Assembly (NCBI GenBank): GCA_942493095.1
Contig: OW818675.1
Coordinates: 1,710,001 to 1,742,000 of the forward strand
DNA: 32,000 nucleotides
Origin: Candidatus Electronema halotolerans
Lineage (GTDB): Bacteria; Desulfobacterota; Desulfobulbia; Desulfobulbales; Desulfobulbaceae
Reading direction: 5' to 3'
This document shows, in pieces, positions 17,234-26,024 of this stretch. The notes beneath the pieces were generated by a model. It made no database searches, was not told where the DNA came from, and was given only the letters and a program-made list of their open reading frames with translations. Position 1 is the first letter of the stretch, and every line of letters starts with the position of its first letter. The translations under genes and the position numbers were made by a program.

Positions 17234-17296
17234 TTTGTTGAAGTTGCCTGTTGTCTTCTGCAACAGATAGTCTTTACAAGACGCATTATGTTTTTC

Positions 17297-18538
17297 TCAC
17301 AGCCGCCTGCCGAAATGCAGCACGCTTTTGGCGATGACTGCGCCGGTGTGGGACTGGGTCCAGTCATGGTGGCGGTCATCAAAGGGCAGAAAGACTAAGG
17401 AGGCGGCCTGTGCTGCCGGGGCCGCGCCGGAGAGCTGGGAATATATTTCACGTCCGCTGGCGGCGCAGGCAGCCAGCACCACTTTGAGTGATTGCAAGGC
17501 CTCGCTGCGGGGCAGAGTCACTGGATGCGGACTGACCAGCTCCTTGATTTTTGTCTGCCGCTCCGGCAGCAAATACCGCTGACTGATGGTGAGCTGCTTG
17601 CTGACCCGGAGAAACATTTCCGGGCGCAGCTTGAAGGCTGGAATCCAGAACTGCATGGCCTGCCGCCGCCACTCCGGGCGCGGCACCAGCGGCTGGTTGG
17701 TGCGCTCGATGAAATCTGCAAAGCTGCGGAGGCGCAAGGAAGGGAATTGGACAGCAATTTTCCAGAACGGCAGATGCAGGGCCGCCTGCCAATCGTTAGG
17801 AACGACTTTGCAGGCCACTCCCTCCAAGGCATCTTTGCCAATCTGCCAGGCCGTGTCGCAGTTGGGGCAGAGCGGGACAAGGCAGTCGCCCTCGCCGTCC
17901 AGTGTGCCGCCGCAGCGTGGACAGAGGGCGGCGAGAAATCGGGTTTGCCAATGGGGCTGAACGGGAACACCGTTTTTCAGCACTCCGACGGAACTGGGCA
18001 GCGGTTCGCCCAGCACTGCGTCAAACAGCCCGTCTTCTCGCGGCAGCAGCGGCAGATAGATAAAGCTGACTGTCTCGCCGATATAGGCATGGTGATGGAC
18101 CTGCTTCTCAGCATGGCCTTCCATCAGATTGTGCAGCTTGGTGGCCTTGAAGAAAATATCTCTGACTGTAAGAGCGAGCGGCAAAAAGCGGCCCTTGGTT
18201 TCGCTGTGAACTCGCACTAATTTCATGGCTTGAGGTCGGAGGCCGAGGGAGGCGGGCAGGCCCGGCTGACCGCAGCCATCGTGAGTGGTGTCCAAGACCC
18301 GGTAGGAAACCCCGCTGTCTGTCACAGAAAAGACAGTGCCTTTGAAGCGCAGATAGGGCGCGTAAATCAGGCGGGCCTGATCTTTGGCCCGGTTGGGCAA
18401 GGCATAGCGGAACGGCGCGCCGCCGGTGAGGAGAAAACTTTTGACCTTGCAGTAGGGACAGGTGAGCAGGCGGTCGTCTGCATCTAACGTGACCGGGCCG
18501 CCGCACTGCGGGCAGGGCTGCTCGACCCGCAGGCTCAC
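17297..18538 (-). CDS. Hypothetical protein with two zinc ribbons (apparent internal duplication)
   Basis: A GTG start at 18538 overlaps the stop of the upstream SPFH gene (GTGA). ZnR1 is CPQCGGPVTLDADDRLLTCPYC and ZnR2 is CPRCGGTLDGEGDCLVPLCPNC. Each is followed ~25-30 aa later by a hydrophobic P-[YF]-[LW]-[RK] segment (IYAPYLRFKG / LHLPFWKIAV). Confidence 0.7.
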   Translation of the reverse strand: MSLRVEQPCPQCGGPVTLDADDRLLTCPYCKVKSFLLTGGAPFRYALPNRAKDQARLIYAPYLRFKGTVFSVTDSGVSYRVLDTTHDGCGQPGLPASLGLRPQAMKLVRVHSETKGRFLPLALTVRDIFFKATKLHNLMEGHAEKQVHHHAYIGETVSFIYLPLLPREDGLFDAVLGEPLPSSVGVLKNGVPVQPHWQTRFLAALCPRCGGTLDGEGDCLVPLCPNCDTAWQIGKDALEGVACKVVPNDWQAALHLPFWKIAVQFPSLRLRSFADFIERTNQPLVPRPEWRRQAMQFWIPAFKLRPEMFLRVSKQLTISQRYLLPERQTKIKELVSPHPVTLPRSEALQSLKVVLAACAASGREIYSQLSGAAPAAQAASLVFLPFDDRHHDWTQSHTGAVIAKSVLHFGRRL

Positions 18539-19656
18539 AGCTTCAAGCCGCAGCCATTGCAGAACTTGGCTCCGGGCAGATTCTCCTGCTTGCAGGCCGC
18601 GCAGATGATCGCGGCAGGCTTTTGATCCGCAGGCTGGCCGCAGCGGGAGCAGAACTTGGCTCCGGGAGTGAGATTCTTGCCGCAGTTGGCGCACTGCATG
18701 AGGACAATCTGCTGATGACCGCAGAGCGGGCAGAAACGGGCCTGAGCCGGAATCGAGTTGCCGCAGTCAGAGCAGCGGCTGACCGCCGCAGAAGCTGCTT
18801 GCCCTGCTGTTCCCTGCTGTAGTCCCGCGAACATGGCAGGCATCATCAGGCCCATGCCCAGCCCCAATCCAGCTCCGGCCTCGCCGCCGCTCTGGGCCGC
18901 CTTTTCCATAGCCATTGCCGCTTTCATGCGGACAAACTTGTCCATGTCCTTGATCACGCCAAGGCGACTGCGGTCGTCAATCGCGGCCTGCACCTCTTCC
19001 GGCGGCGTGATGGAGGAGATGTACAGCTCATCCAAGGCCAGACCAAGCCGGACAAAATCCCGGACCAGCCGTTTGCGCATCTCCAAGGCCATCTCGTCAA
19101 ACTGAGACGGCAGGCTGAACAGGGTGTCAACAGTTTCGCCAAGATAGTCGTTGAGCCGGGAAACAATCACCCGGCCCAGATACTCTTCAATCTGATCCGT
19201 ATTGTATTTGCCCATTGTCCCAGCCAAGGTGTTGATGAACAGCACTGGCTGGATGACCCGGATGTTGCAAATCCCGTGCGCCCGCAGGCGGACAAAGCCC
19301 AGCTCTGAGTCGCGGAAGGCCATGGGATCGCGGGTGCCCCATTTCAGATTGGGAAAGAGCTTGAGATTGACAAAATAGACCTCAGCCCGCAGCGGGCTGC
19401 TCATGCCCCACGGCGCGGAAAACAGCTTGGTGATGATCGGAATGTTGCCGGTGCGCAGGGTGTGGCGGCCCGGGCCAAAGACATCGCCAGCCCGGCCTTT
19501 GTAATACAAAACCGCTGCCTGGCTTTCGCGCACCGTGAGCTGGGCACCGAACTTGATTTCGCCGGAACCTTTTTCCGGCAGGCGGTGGAGCAGCTCCTGG
19601 CCGCTCTCATCAAACCATTCCAGATTTTCCAGCAGAATCAGGTTGTCGGCACTCAT
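18535..19656 (-). CDS. SPFH (stomatin/prohibitin/flotillin/HflKC) domain protein of the COG4260 'virion core protein-like' type, with three C-terminal zinc ribbons
   Basis: ATG 19656 with GGAG 5 nt upstream. LENLEWFDESG...EIKFGAQLTVRESQAAVLYYKG...KWGTRDP...RLRAHG is characteristic of this family. Gly/Ala/Met linker. The tail has CSDCG-x9-CPLCG, CANCG-x9-CSRCG and CAACK-x9-CNGCG. Confidence 0.85.
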   Translation of the reverse strand: MSADNLILLENLEWFDESGQELLHRLPEKGSGEIKFGAQLTVRESQAAVLYYKGRAGDVFGPGRHTLRTGNIPIITKLFSAPWGMSSPLRAEVYFVNLKLFPNLKWGTRDPMAFRDSELGFVRLRAHGICNIRVIQPVLFINTLAGTMGKYNTDQIEEYLGRVIVSRLNDYLGETVDTLFSLPSQFDEMALEMRKRLVRDFVRLGLALDELYISSITPPEEVQAAIDDRSRLGVIKDMDKFVRMKAAMAMEKAAQSGGEAGAGLGLGMGLMMPAMFAGLQQGTAGQAASAAVSRCSDCGNSIPAQARFCPLCGHQQIVLMQCANCGKNLTPGAKFCSRCGQPADQKPAAIICAACKQENLPGAKFCNGCGLKL

Positions 19657-19711
19657 TGCAGCTCCATTTGAAAAAAGCAAAGCATTCTCACAGCCCGGTC
19701 AGCAGAACAAC

Positions 19712-19969
19712 TCAGTCAATATCCGGCTTGCGGTAGTATTTCACGTTTTCCGAATGAGTTGGCGGCGGCTCCTCGTTCAGAACCCTGTTGATGCGGCTGG
19801 GCATCTTTGTCACCGGCTCTTTCATGATCAATTCATAGCCGATGGAAAAGACCAGCAGGAATCCCGCAAGCATGAACAATTTCTTTTTTCGCCACTCTGA
19901 GGGCAGAAAGATAAGCCCAACAGTGGCGGCAATCATAATGTAGAGATGATACTCGACCAGCATGGACAT
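19712..19969 (-). CDS. Small (85 aa) two-TM membrane protein, hypothetical
   Basis: Strong SD (GAGGAGGG 8 nt upstream of the ATG). Two hydrophobic helices (YIMIAATVGLIFL, LFMLAGFLLVFSIGY) and a charged tail. Lies 55 nt upstream of the SPFH gene on the same strand. Confidence 0.6.
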   Translation of the reverse strand: MSMLVEYHLYIMIAATVGLIFLPSEWRKKKLFMLAGFLLVFSIGYELIMKEPVTKMPSRINRVLNEEPPPTHSENVKYYRKPDID

Positions 19970-20024
19970 GAGCTGCGCCCTCCTCTGTATTTTTTTGCAA
20001 TCAAGTCATCGACAATAAATAATC

Positions 20025-21413
20025 TTAGTTCTTGGCCAGCACGTCAAAATCCATTGCTTCAGCATAGCGGAGCAGCCAAGTCATATCAATGCCGCGTCCT
20101 TTGACAGTGACAATGAACCGGCTGGCAACCACGATATTGATCTCGCCGCTGTGTTCCTCTTCATTGTATTTTATCATGGCCCGCTGCCTTTTGATGGTCT
20201 TGAGGTTGCCGCCTGAAGCTCCTGCGAAAAGCGGATTGTTGAGCATCATGATAATGGATTGCAGAACCGGAGAATCAGAAACAATCTCAATGGAAATCAC
20301 AGAGCCGTTCTGGGTGAAATAATCACGGCTGACAGTTGAGCCGCCGCCGAAAACAGCAGTGCCAAGGGATTGCGACACAGCTTCTTTGGCCTGCCAGCCG
20401 TAAAACGGTTCCGGCAGCAATTTCTTGAGCAGTTCGGTTTTTTTCTGGCGGATCAGGTGGGCGGCGTAATCAAGATTGGAAACCGCGCCTGCGAAATCCT
20501 TGCTCCTGTACTGCCGCATGGCCTCTTCAACAGCAGCAACAATGTCATCCTGCGCTGCTGGAGGGGCAAGAACAGGGGCAGGAAACGCCGGGCTGCCGGA
20601 CTGCTGCACTGCTTGTTGTCCAGCAGAAGCAGAGGTCATGGCCGGCAGAACTGCCTGCGGTGCTGAGGAGGCGGGCAAGCTCTGCGGCGGTTCAGGCACA
20701 GGCCAGCCTGAGTCTTGCCTGAACTGCGGTTGTGCTCTATTTTGCGACTGCGCCGGAGAACTGCCGCTGTTCTGCTGCCTGTTGGGAACAGCGGCTGGAG
20801 AGACGGACTGCGGCTGGCTTGGCACCGAAGCGGCTGGCTTTTCCGGCAGCTGCTCCTTAACAGGGGCTTGCGCCTCAATGACGACAATCTCCTGATCAGG
20901 ATAGGCGGACCAAGTTGACGGTTGGCCCGCGCCCTGCGCCGGAACAGCACTGTCCTGCTGCCTGTTGGGAACAGCGGCTGGAGAGACGGACTGCGGCTGG
21001 CTTGGCACCGAAGCGGCTGGCTTTTCCGGCAGCTGCTCCTCAACAGGGGCCTGCGCCTCAATGATGACAGCTTCCTGAGCCGGGGCAGCGTTGTTCTGCT
21101 GTCCGCTGGAAAGAGCATCAGCAGGAGCTGCGGCGGCAGGCTCTGCCTGCGGGGTTGTTTTTTCCTCAGCAGGCAGTTCCTGAGCCGGGGCATCAGCAGA
21201 AGGCTGCGTTTCCTGCGGGGAGTCTTGATCCACAAGCTGCCAAATATCAATGGCTTGAATAAGCGCATCGTCCTGAGACTGCTGCGGAGTGCTGCTGTCG
21301 GCAGCTTGAGTCGTTGGCATTTGCTCATCTGCTGCTGCTGCCGACAGCGGGCCGCTTGCTGCCAAGGCCAGTAAAACAACAGCAAAAACAGGCTTCCTGA
21401 TGGTCTGTTTCAT
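20025..21413 (-). CDS. Secreted protein with a long P/Q/A/S-rich low-complexity region (internal tandem duplication) and a globular C-terminal domain of unknown function
   Basis: Signal peptide MKQTIRKPVFAVVLLALAASGPLSAAAA. The duplicated segment IEAQAPV[EK]EQLPEKPAASVPSQPQSVSPAAVPNRQQ occurs twice. The C-terminal ~170 aa (…LPEPFYGWQAKEAV…IVVASRFIVTVKGRGID…) is not low-complexity. Confidence 0.75.
   Translation of the reverse strand: MKQTIRKPVFAVVLLALAASGPLSAAAADEQMPTTQAADSSTPQQSQDDALIQAIDIWQLVDQDSPQETQPSADAPAQELPAEEKTTPQAEPAAAAPADALSSGQQNNAAPAQEAVIIEAQAPVEEQLPEKPAASVPSQPQSVSPAAVPNRQQDSAVPAQGAGQPSTWSAYPDQEIVVIEAQAPVKEQLPEKPAASVPSQPQSVSPAAVPNRQQNSGSSPAQSQNRAQPQFRQDSGWPVPEPPQSLPASSAPQAVLPAMTSASAGQQAVQQSGSPAFPAPVLAPPAAQDDIVAAVEEAMRQYRSKDFAGAVSNLDYAAHLIRQKKTELLKKLLPEPFYGWQAKEAVSQSLGTAVFGGGSTVSRDYFTQNGSVISIEIVSDSPVLQSIIMMLNNPLFAGASGGNLKTIKRQRAMIKYNEEEHSGEINIVVASRFIVTVKGRGIDMTWLLRYAEAMDFDVLAKN
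20748..21069. repeat. Tandem duplication, two copies, period ~183-186 bp, inside the secreted P/Q-rich protein gene
   Basis: 20772-20886 and 20955-21069 differ at 3 of 115 positions by my alignment. Confidence 0.85.
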
Positions 21414-21499
21414 GACAAGGTTTTGTGAAACGGAAATGTTTTATGCTGTCTATGTGATACCAAGCAGCAGGAGCACTGTCAAGCGCGGAGGATATTTGT

Positions 21500-22771
21500 T
21501 CAAAAACGGTCGGTGAAATAGGGTTCCAGCACTTCGGGCAGCCGGACAGTGCCGTCTTCCTGCTGATAGTTCTCCAAGATCGCCAGCAAAGTCCGTCCGA
21601 CAGCCAAGCCGGAGCCGTTCAAGGTGTGAACATGACGGCTTTTCTTCTCACCCTCAGGTCGGTAGCGGATGCCCGCCCGTCTTGCCTGAAAATCCAAGAA
21701 GTTTGAGCAGGAGGAGATTTCCCGGTACGTGTTCTGCCCTGGCAGCCAGACTTCAATGTCATACGTCTTGGTCGAAGAAAAACCAAGATCACCGGCGCAG
21801 AGCAACATGACCCGATAGGGCAGGCCAAGAAGCTGGAGCACTTCCTCGGCATCAGCGAGCAGCGATTCCAGCTCCTGATCCGAAGTCTCCGGGGTGGTCA
21901 ATTTGACCAATTCCACCTTGTCAAACTGATGCTGACGGATCAGGCCGCGTGTGTCCTTGCCGTAGGAACCAGCCTCAGAGCGGAAGCAGGGCGTGTAGGC
22001 GGTGTATTTGAGCGGCAGATCCGCTGCGTTCAAGGTGGTGTCAGCATGAATGTTGGTCAGCGGCACTTCCGCAGTCGGAATCAGCCAGAGATCACGGTCT
22101 TCAATTTTAAACAGGTCTTCTTTGAACTTGGGCAGCTGGCCAGTGCCGGTCATGGACTTGGAATTGACCATGAACGGCGGCAGAAATTCCGTGTAGCCAT
22201 GCTTCTGGGTGTGCAAATCAAGAAAGAAATTGATCAAGGCTCTCGACAGCCGGGAGGCAAAGCCTTTGAGCAGGGAAAAGCGCGCCCCGGAGAGCTTGGC
22301 CGCTGTCTCGAAATCAAGAATGCCGAGCTGCTCGCCCACTTCCCAGTGCGGCTTGGGGGCAAAGGAAAACTCAGGAATCCCGCCCCAGCGGCGCACCTCA
22401 AGGTTGTCGCGCTCATCGCTGCCCGCAGGCACAGCACTGTCGCAGAGGTTGGGAATCGACAGCACCGTCTCATCAAGCTGGCTCTGAATTTCGGCCAGAC
22501 ATTTATCCAAGGCCGTGATCCGGTCAGAAACCGTCCGCATGTTGGCTATCAGCGGTTCGGCCTGCTCTTCCTTGCCTGTTTTTTTCAACGCGGCGATTTC
22601 CTTGGACACGGTGTTGCGCTGATTTTTGAGCTGCTCCGACTCGCTCAGAATTGTCAGCCGCCGGGCATCGGCAGCGGCAAAGGTGTCCAGCAGGTCCGTG
22701 CTCATGCCCCGGCTGATGCATTTGGCCCGGACAAGACTGAGGTTTTCCCGGATAAAGCGTAATTCAAGCAT
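21500..22771 (-). CDS. serS: Seryl-tRNA synthetase
   Basis: 423 aa. [11 protein letters not shown]... N-terminal coiled-coil arm; class II core motifs (…[25 protein letters not shown]…, …[18 protein letters not shown]…). Confidence 0.93.
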   Translation of the reverse strand: MLELRFIRENLSLVRAKCISRGMSTDLLDTFAAADARRLTILSESEQLKNQRNTVSKEIAALKKTGKEEQAEPLIANMRTVSDRITALDKCLAEIQSQLDETVLSIPNLCDSAVPAGSDERDNLEVRRWGGIPEFSFAPKPHWEVGEQLGILDFETAAKLSGARFSLLKGFASRLSRALINFFLDLHTQKHGYTEFLPPFMVNSKSMTGTGQLPKFKEDLFKIEDRDLWLIPTAEVPLTNIHADTTLNAADLPLKYTAYTPCFRSEAGSYGKDTRGLIRQHQFDKVELVKLTTPETSDQELESLLADAEEVLQLLGLPYRVMLLCAGDLGFSSTKTYDIEVWLPGQNTYREISSCSNFLDFQARRAGIRYRPEGEKKSRHVHTLNGSGLAVGRTLLAILENYQQEDGTVRLPEVLEPYFTDRF

Positions 22772-22961
22772 GATGACAGATGAAGTGGATAAAATGAAGG
22801 TTCAGAAGCTAGGCCTGCCTGTTTCAGCATGACGCAGCTTGGGCCGCAACTGATATTCAATTGATTTTGCCCTGCGGGTCTGTTACATAGAAAACCATCC
22901 CCGCAGCGGCAGCGCAGGGGATATTCGCCATCCTGACAGCAATTCCGACTTTTCGCAACCT

Positions 22962-23687
22962 GTGCAACAACATCTCAGCAATCTTGCCCTGTTTCTGGCC
23001 GAGCTGCGCAGCTCGCTCCGCTTTCTTCTGATCAGCCTGATCAGCCTGACCGCAGGCATTTTTCTGCTCTCCTCCGGCCTGATCACGGTCTTTCAGGAGC
23101 ATCTGCATGAAAAAATTTATTTCTTTTCCGTGGCCGGACCCTTTCTCGCCCATGTCAAGGCCGCCTTTTTCGGAGCGGTCTATGTTCTCATGCCGCTGTT
23201 CATCCACGTTCTCTGGAAGGCCTTGGGCAAGCCCTTTGCCGTGACCGGGCAGAAACTGTTCTGGCTCACCGCCGCGACCTGCCTGCTTTTTTACAGCGGC
23301 ACCCTGTTCTGCTATTTTGTCACCCTGCCCTACGGCATCAGCTTTCTGCTCAGTTTTCAGTCGGAAAATTTGCGCCCGCTGATTTCCATTGACAGCTTTG
23401 TCAACTTCATCAGCATCTTTATTCTCGCCTTTGGCCTGATCTTTGAGCTGCCGGTCTTTATGATTTTTTCTGTGCAGACCGGGGCGCTGTCCCGCCATTT
23501 TTATGAGAAGAACCGCCGCTTCGCCATTCTCGCCATTGCCATTCTCGCCGCTGTCCTGACTCCGACCCCGGATGTGGTCAACATGGCCTTCATGGGTGTG
23601 CCGCTTTATCTGCTCTACGAAAGCGGCATCTTGGTCATTCGGCTGCTGCGGCTTGACAAAGCAGATGCAGCGGTCAAAATTCAATAA
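22962..23687 (+). CDS. tatC: Twin-arginine translocase subunit TatC
   Basis: 241 aa, GTG start, six-TM pattern. Characteristic ...LFCYFVTLPYGISFLLSF... and FELPVFMIF...LTPTPDVVNM motifs. No tatA or tatB is adjacent. Confidence 0.85.
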   Translation: MQQHLSNLALFLAELRSSLRFLLISLISLTAGIFLLSSGLITVFQEHLHEKIYFFSVAGPFLAHVKAAFFGAVYVLMPLFIHVLWKALGKPFAVTGQKLFWLTAATCLLFYSGTLFCYFVTLPYGISFLLSFQSENLRPLISIDSFVNFISIFILAFGLIFELPVFMIFSVQTGALSRHFYEKNRRFAILAIAILAAVLTPTPDVVNMAFMGVPLYLLYESGILVIRLLRLDKADAAVKIQ

Positions 23688-24093
23688 GGCGGAGGCCGTG
23701 CCGTTGGAGCAAGGCGGCAGTCACGCCGAGCTGCGGAGTCAGGCCGCAGGAAGGGCTGCGCGCCTTGAGCAGGGCCAGCCGGATATTCTGCGCTTGGGCA
23801 ATATGCAGCACCGCCGCAGCTCCGGCACAAAACTGCTTGGTCAGGTCCGCGCCTTCCCGGTTGATGACCCGCGCCCTGCCGTCCAGCACAGCCTCGCCGT
23901 CGCCGCCAGTCAGATCCGCAGCAATGCGGGGCGTGGACAGGCCGCCAAGCTGCTCCGGGCAGACAGGAATATACTGACAATGGCGCAGTCTTGCCAAACA
24001 GTGGCTGTCCGGCTTGCTGCGTCCGTCATAGCGGGTGCAAAGCCCGATCAGGCAGCTGCTGACAAGGCAGGGTTCAGCGTTGTTTTCGCGCAT
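23674..24093 (-). CDS. DUF523 family protein (TudS-like 4Fe-4S thiouracil desulfidase family)
   Basis: MRENNAEPCLVSSCLIGLCTRYDG...IPVCPEQLGGLSTPR...ARSPSCG match DUF523 Cys motifs. The start is uncertain: ATG 24093 is preferred by family N-terminal spacing, with ATG 24117 and TTG 24126 as alternatives. The 3' end overlaps the tatC 3' end convergently by 14 nt. Confidence 0.7.
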   Translation of the reverse strand: MRENNAEPCLVSSCLIGLCTRYDGRSKPDSHCLARLRHCQYIPVCPEQLGGLSTPRIAADLTGGDGEAVLDGRARVINREGADLTKQFCAGAAAVLHIAQAQNIRLALLKARSPSCGLTPQLGVTAALLQRHGLRLIEF

Positions 24094-24177
24094 AAGCGTC
24101 AAACTATAGTGCATCATGCAGAACAAGCCAACTGAAATATGCGGCAGGATGCCAGAACAGGAACAAGGAGAGAGGGC

Positions 24178-24522
24178 ATGACAGACCGGCGGCGAAGCTA
24201 TCTCAACCAGCGGGAGAAACGGGCCTTGGTGCGGATTCTCTCAGCTGCCGCCTTGTCCGCCCTGCTCTTTTTCCTTTTTGCCCCGCACTGCGGCCTGCGC
24301 GCCCATTGGCTGATGCAGGAAAAAAATGAGGAACTGCGGCAGAAGAACAGCGGGCTGGTGCAGGAGAACCTGCGCCTGCAGAAAGAAATAAGCCGCATCC
24401 AGCATGATGACCGCTACTTGGAGCAGATTGCCAGAGAAAAATACAACATGCTGCGGAAAAACGAGGAGGTCTATTACATCGCCCCGCCGCCTGCTGAGGA
24501 ACAAAGCGATGTCAGCCCCTGA
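24178..24522 (+). CDS. ftsB: Septum formation initiator family protein (FtsB/DivIC-like)
   Basis: ATG 24178 with AAGGAG upstream. N-terminal TM (ILSAAALSALLFFLF), then a coiled coil ending ...IQHDDRYLEQIAREKYNMLRKNEEVYYI, typical of FtsB. Confidence 0.8.
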   Translation: MTDRRRSYLNQREKRALVRILSAAALSALLFFLFAPHCGLRAHWLMQEKNEELRQKNSGLVQENLRLQKEISRIQHDDRYLEQIAREKYNMLRKNEEVYYIAPPPAEEQSDVSP

Positions 24523-25300
24523 TCCTGCCGCCTTGGCCCTGCTGCTTTGTCAGACCCGCAGCCTCTTAGTCAGTCATCTGGAGCTGGGCATCACTGCCTA
24601 TCCAGCCACGCCGGAGCTGCGCCGCTTTGCCGTTGCCCGGACAGCAAATTTTCAGCCCGCAGGAGGAGCGGCAAATCCCCGGCCAGAAACAGTTGCCAGA
24701 CAGCCCGCAGCGGCCAAGCAGTCGGTGCTCAGTTTGCCGGACTTTGCCGGACAGCTAGCCGTCTGCCGCCGCTGCGGGCCAGAAGCTGGGCCCTGTCCCG
24801 GCATGGGCAGGGCCGGTGCCAGGCTGGCCGTGATTGGTCCCTGCCGCGTCGGGGCAACTTTGGACAGGGAAATGCTCTGGGGCCAGCGTGAAGATGAAAT
24901 GTTCTGGCGGATGATGGCGGCCATTGATTTGCACCAGGCGGACGTTTATGTCACCAATGTGGTCAAATGCGGCCAGCCGAGCGAGCTGGGGCCGGACAGC
25001 GGGGCCGAACGCCGCTGTCTAGCCTGGCTGGAGCAGGAGCTGCGGGCAGTCCAGCCCAAGGTAATTTGCGCAATGGGTGACATTGCCGCCAATGCCCTGC
25101 TCGGCAGAGCAAAGCCTGCGCCTGTGGCCCGGCTGCGGGGCAAGTTGTACCGCTGCCCTTGGCCCGGCATCACTGCCCCGGTCGTGCCCACCTACCATCC
25201 CCGCCACCTTCTCCTGCAACCGGAGCTGGTTCAGATAGAGATGAAACGGGCGGCATGGCAGGACTTGCAGGCCATTCAACGAAAGCTGAGGGATTTATGA
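24509..25300 (+). CDS. Uracil-DNA glycosylase superfamily protein (family 4-like) with a degenerate catalytic motif A
   Basis: The start overlaps the ftsB end. CRRCG Cys pair, VYVTNVVKCG, C-x-x-L (CLAWLEQEL), HPRHLL motif B. The usual GE[AG]PG..ED motif is replaced by GPCRVGATLDRE. Confidence 0.7.
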   Translation: MSAPDPAALALLLCQTRSLLVSHLELGITAYPATPELRRFAVARTANFQPAGGAANPRPETVARQPAAAKQSVLSLPDFAGQLAVCRRCGPEAGPCPGMGRAGARLAVIGPCRVGATLDREMLWGQREDEMFWRMMAAIDLHQADVYVTNVVKCGQPSELGPDSGAERRCLAWLEQELRAVQPKVICAMGDIAANALLGRAKPAPVARLRGKLYRCPWPGITAPVVPTYHPRHLLLQPELVQIEMKRAAWQDLQAIQRKLRDL

Positions 25301-25920
25301 GCAAACCTGTGCGGCTGCATCTGCTCCGGCATGGCCCGACCACTGCTCCGCAAGGCTGTTTTGCAGGCAGCACGGATCTGCCCTTGTCCGGGCAGGGGCT
25401 GGAGGGCCTGCCTGCGCTGCTGCCGCATCTGCAAGGCGTGGAAATGTGGCATTGCAGCCCGCTGCGCCGCGCCTGCCAGACCTTGGAGCATCTGCGGACA
25501 CAGGGCTGCCGGATTGAGCAGCCTCTGTACGATGCCCGGCTGCGGGAGATTGATTTCGGCGCATGGGAAATGAAAACTTTTGCCGAGATTGCTGCCGCTG
25601 CTCCAGAAAAAATCACTGCCTGGCAAGAGGACTATGAAGGCTTTGTCTTCCCGGAAGGCGAGGCTGTGGCTGATTTTCTCTGCCGGACTAAGGAGATGCT
25701 GGCTGTGCTCGCCGCCTCCGGCAGTCAGGTCGCCGCCGTCACCCACGGCGGGGTGATCCGGGCCATGCTCTGCGCCGCGCTCAACCTGCCGCCGCGCAGT
25801 TATCTGCTCTTTGACGTGCGGCCCGCCTCTCTGACCGTGCTGGATATTTTTTCTCAAGGGGCGGTGCTGCGGGCGTTGAATCTTCCGGTCTGCCACCCAT
25901 CAGTTTTTTCGGCCCTGTGA
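25297..25920 (+). CDS. Histidine phosphatase family protein (CobC/alpha-ribazole phosphatase-like)
   Basis: ATGA overlap with the upstream stop. RLHLLRHGPT (RHG catalytic motif), ...CSPLRRACQT..., ...AAVTHGGVIRA (second His). Confidence 0.75.
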   Translation: MSKPVRLHLLRHGPTTAPQGCFAGSTDLPLSGQGLEGLPALLPHLQGVEMWHCSPLRRACQTLEHLRTQGCRIEQPLYDARLREIDFGAWEMKTFAEIAAAAPEKITAWQEDYEGFVFPEGEAVADFLCRTKEMLAVLAASGSQVAAVTHGGVIRAMLCAALNLPPRSYLLFDVRPASLTVLDIFSQGAVLRALNLPVCHPSVFSAL

Positions 25921-26024
25921 AATGACAGTTGTCAAAGTTTCTCATCATCTCCATAGCTGTGAGTCTTGAAGCGATGCCCTGTAATCGCGCACCATTGGCA
26001 ATGAAAAGACGGAGCGTATGGCAT

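Noticed and set aside
17492-18220. 242-aa plus-strand ORF opposite the double zinc-ribbon gene
   Set aside because: The minus frame is longer, starts coupled to the upstream gene's stop, and contains ordered CxxC pairs. The plus frame has no features.
18539-18694. N-terminal extension of ORF 17297-18694 into the SPFH gene, and the similar extension 26696-26905 of the cooF ORF into cooS
   Set aside because: The extensions lie wholly inside well-supported upstream genes. Coupled internal starts (GTGA at 18535-18538, ATG at 26695) give proteins that begin at the first conserved motif.
21929-22762. 277-aa plus-strand ORF
   Set aside because: It is antisense to serS, which is unambiguous.
22857-23684. 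275-aa minus-strand ORF rich in G/E/K/Q/N/D
   Set aside because: It is exactly antisense to tatC. The low-complexity charged composition is what the reverse complement of a hydrophobic membrane-protein gene yields. The TatC frame carries recognisable family motifs.
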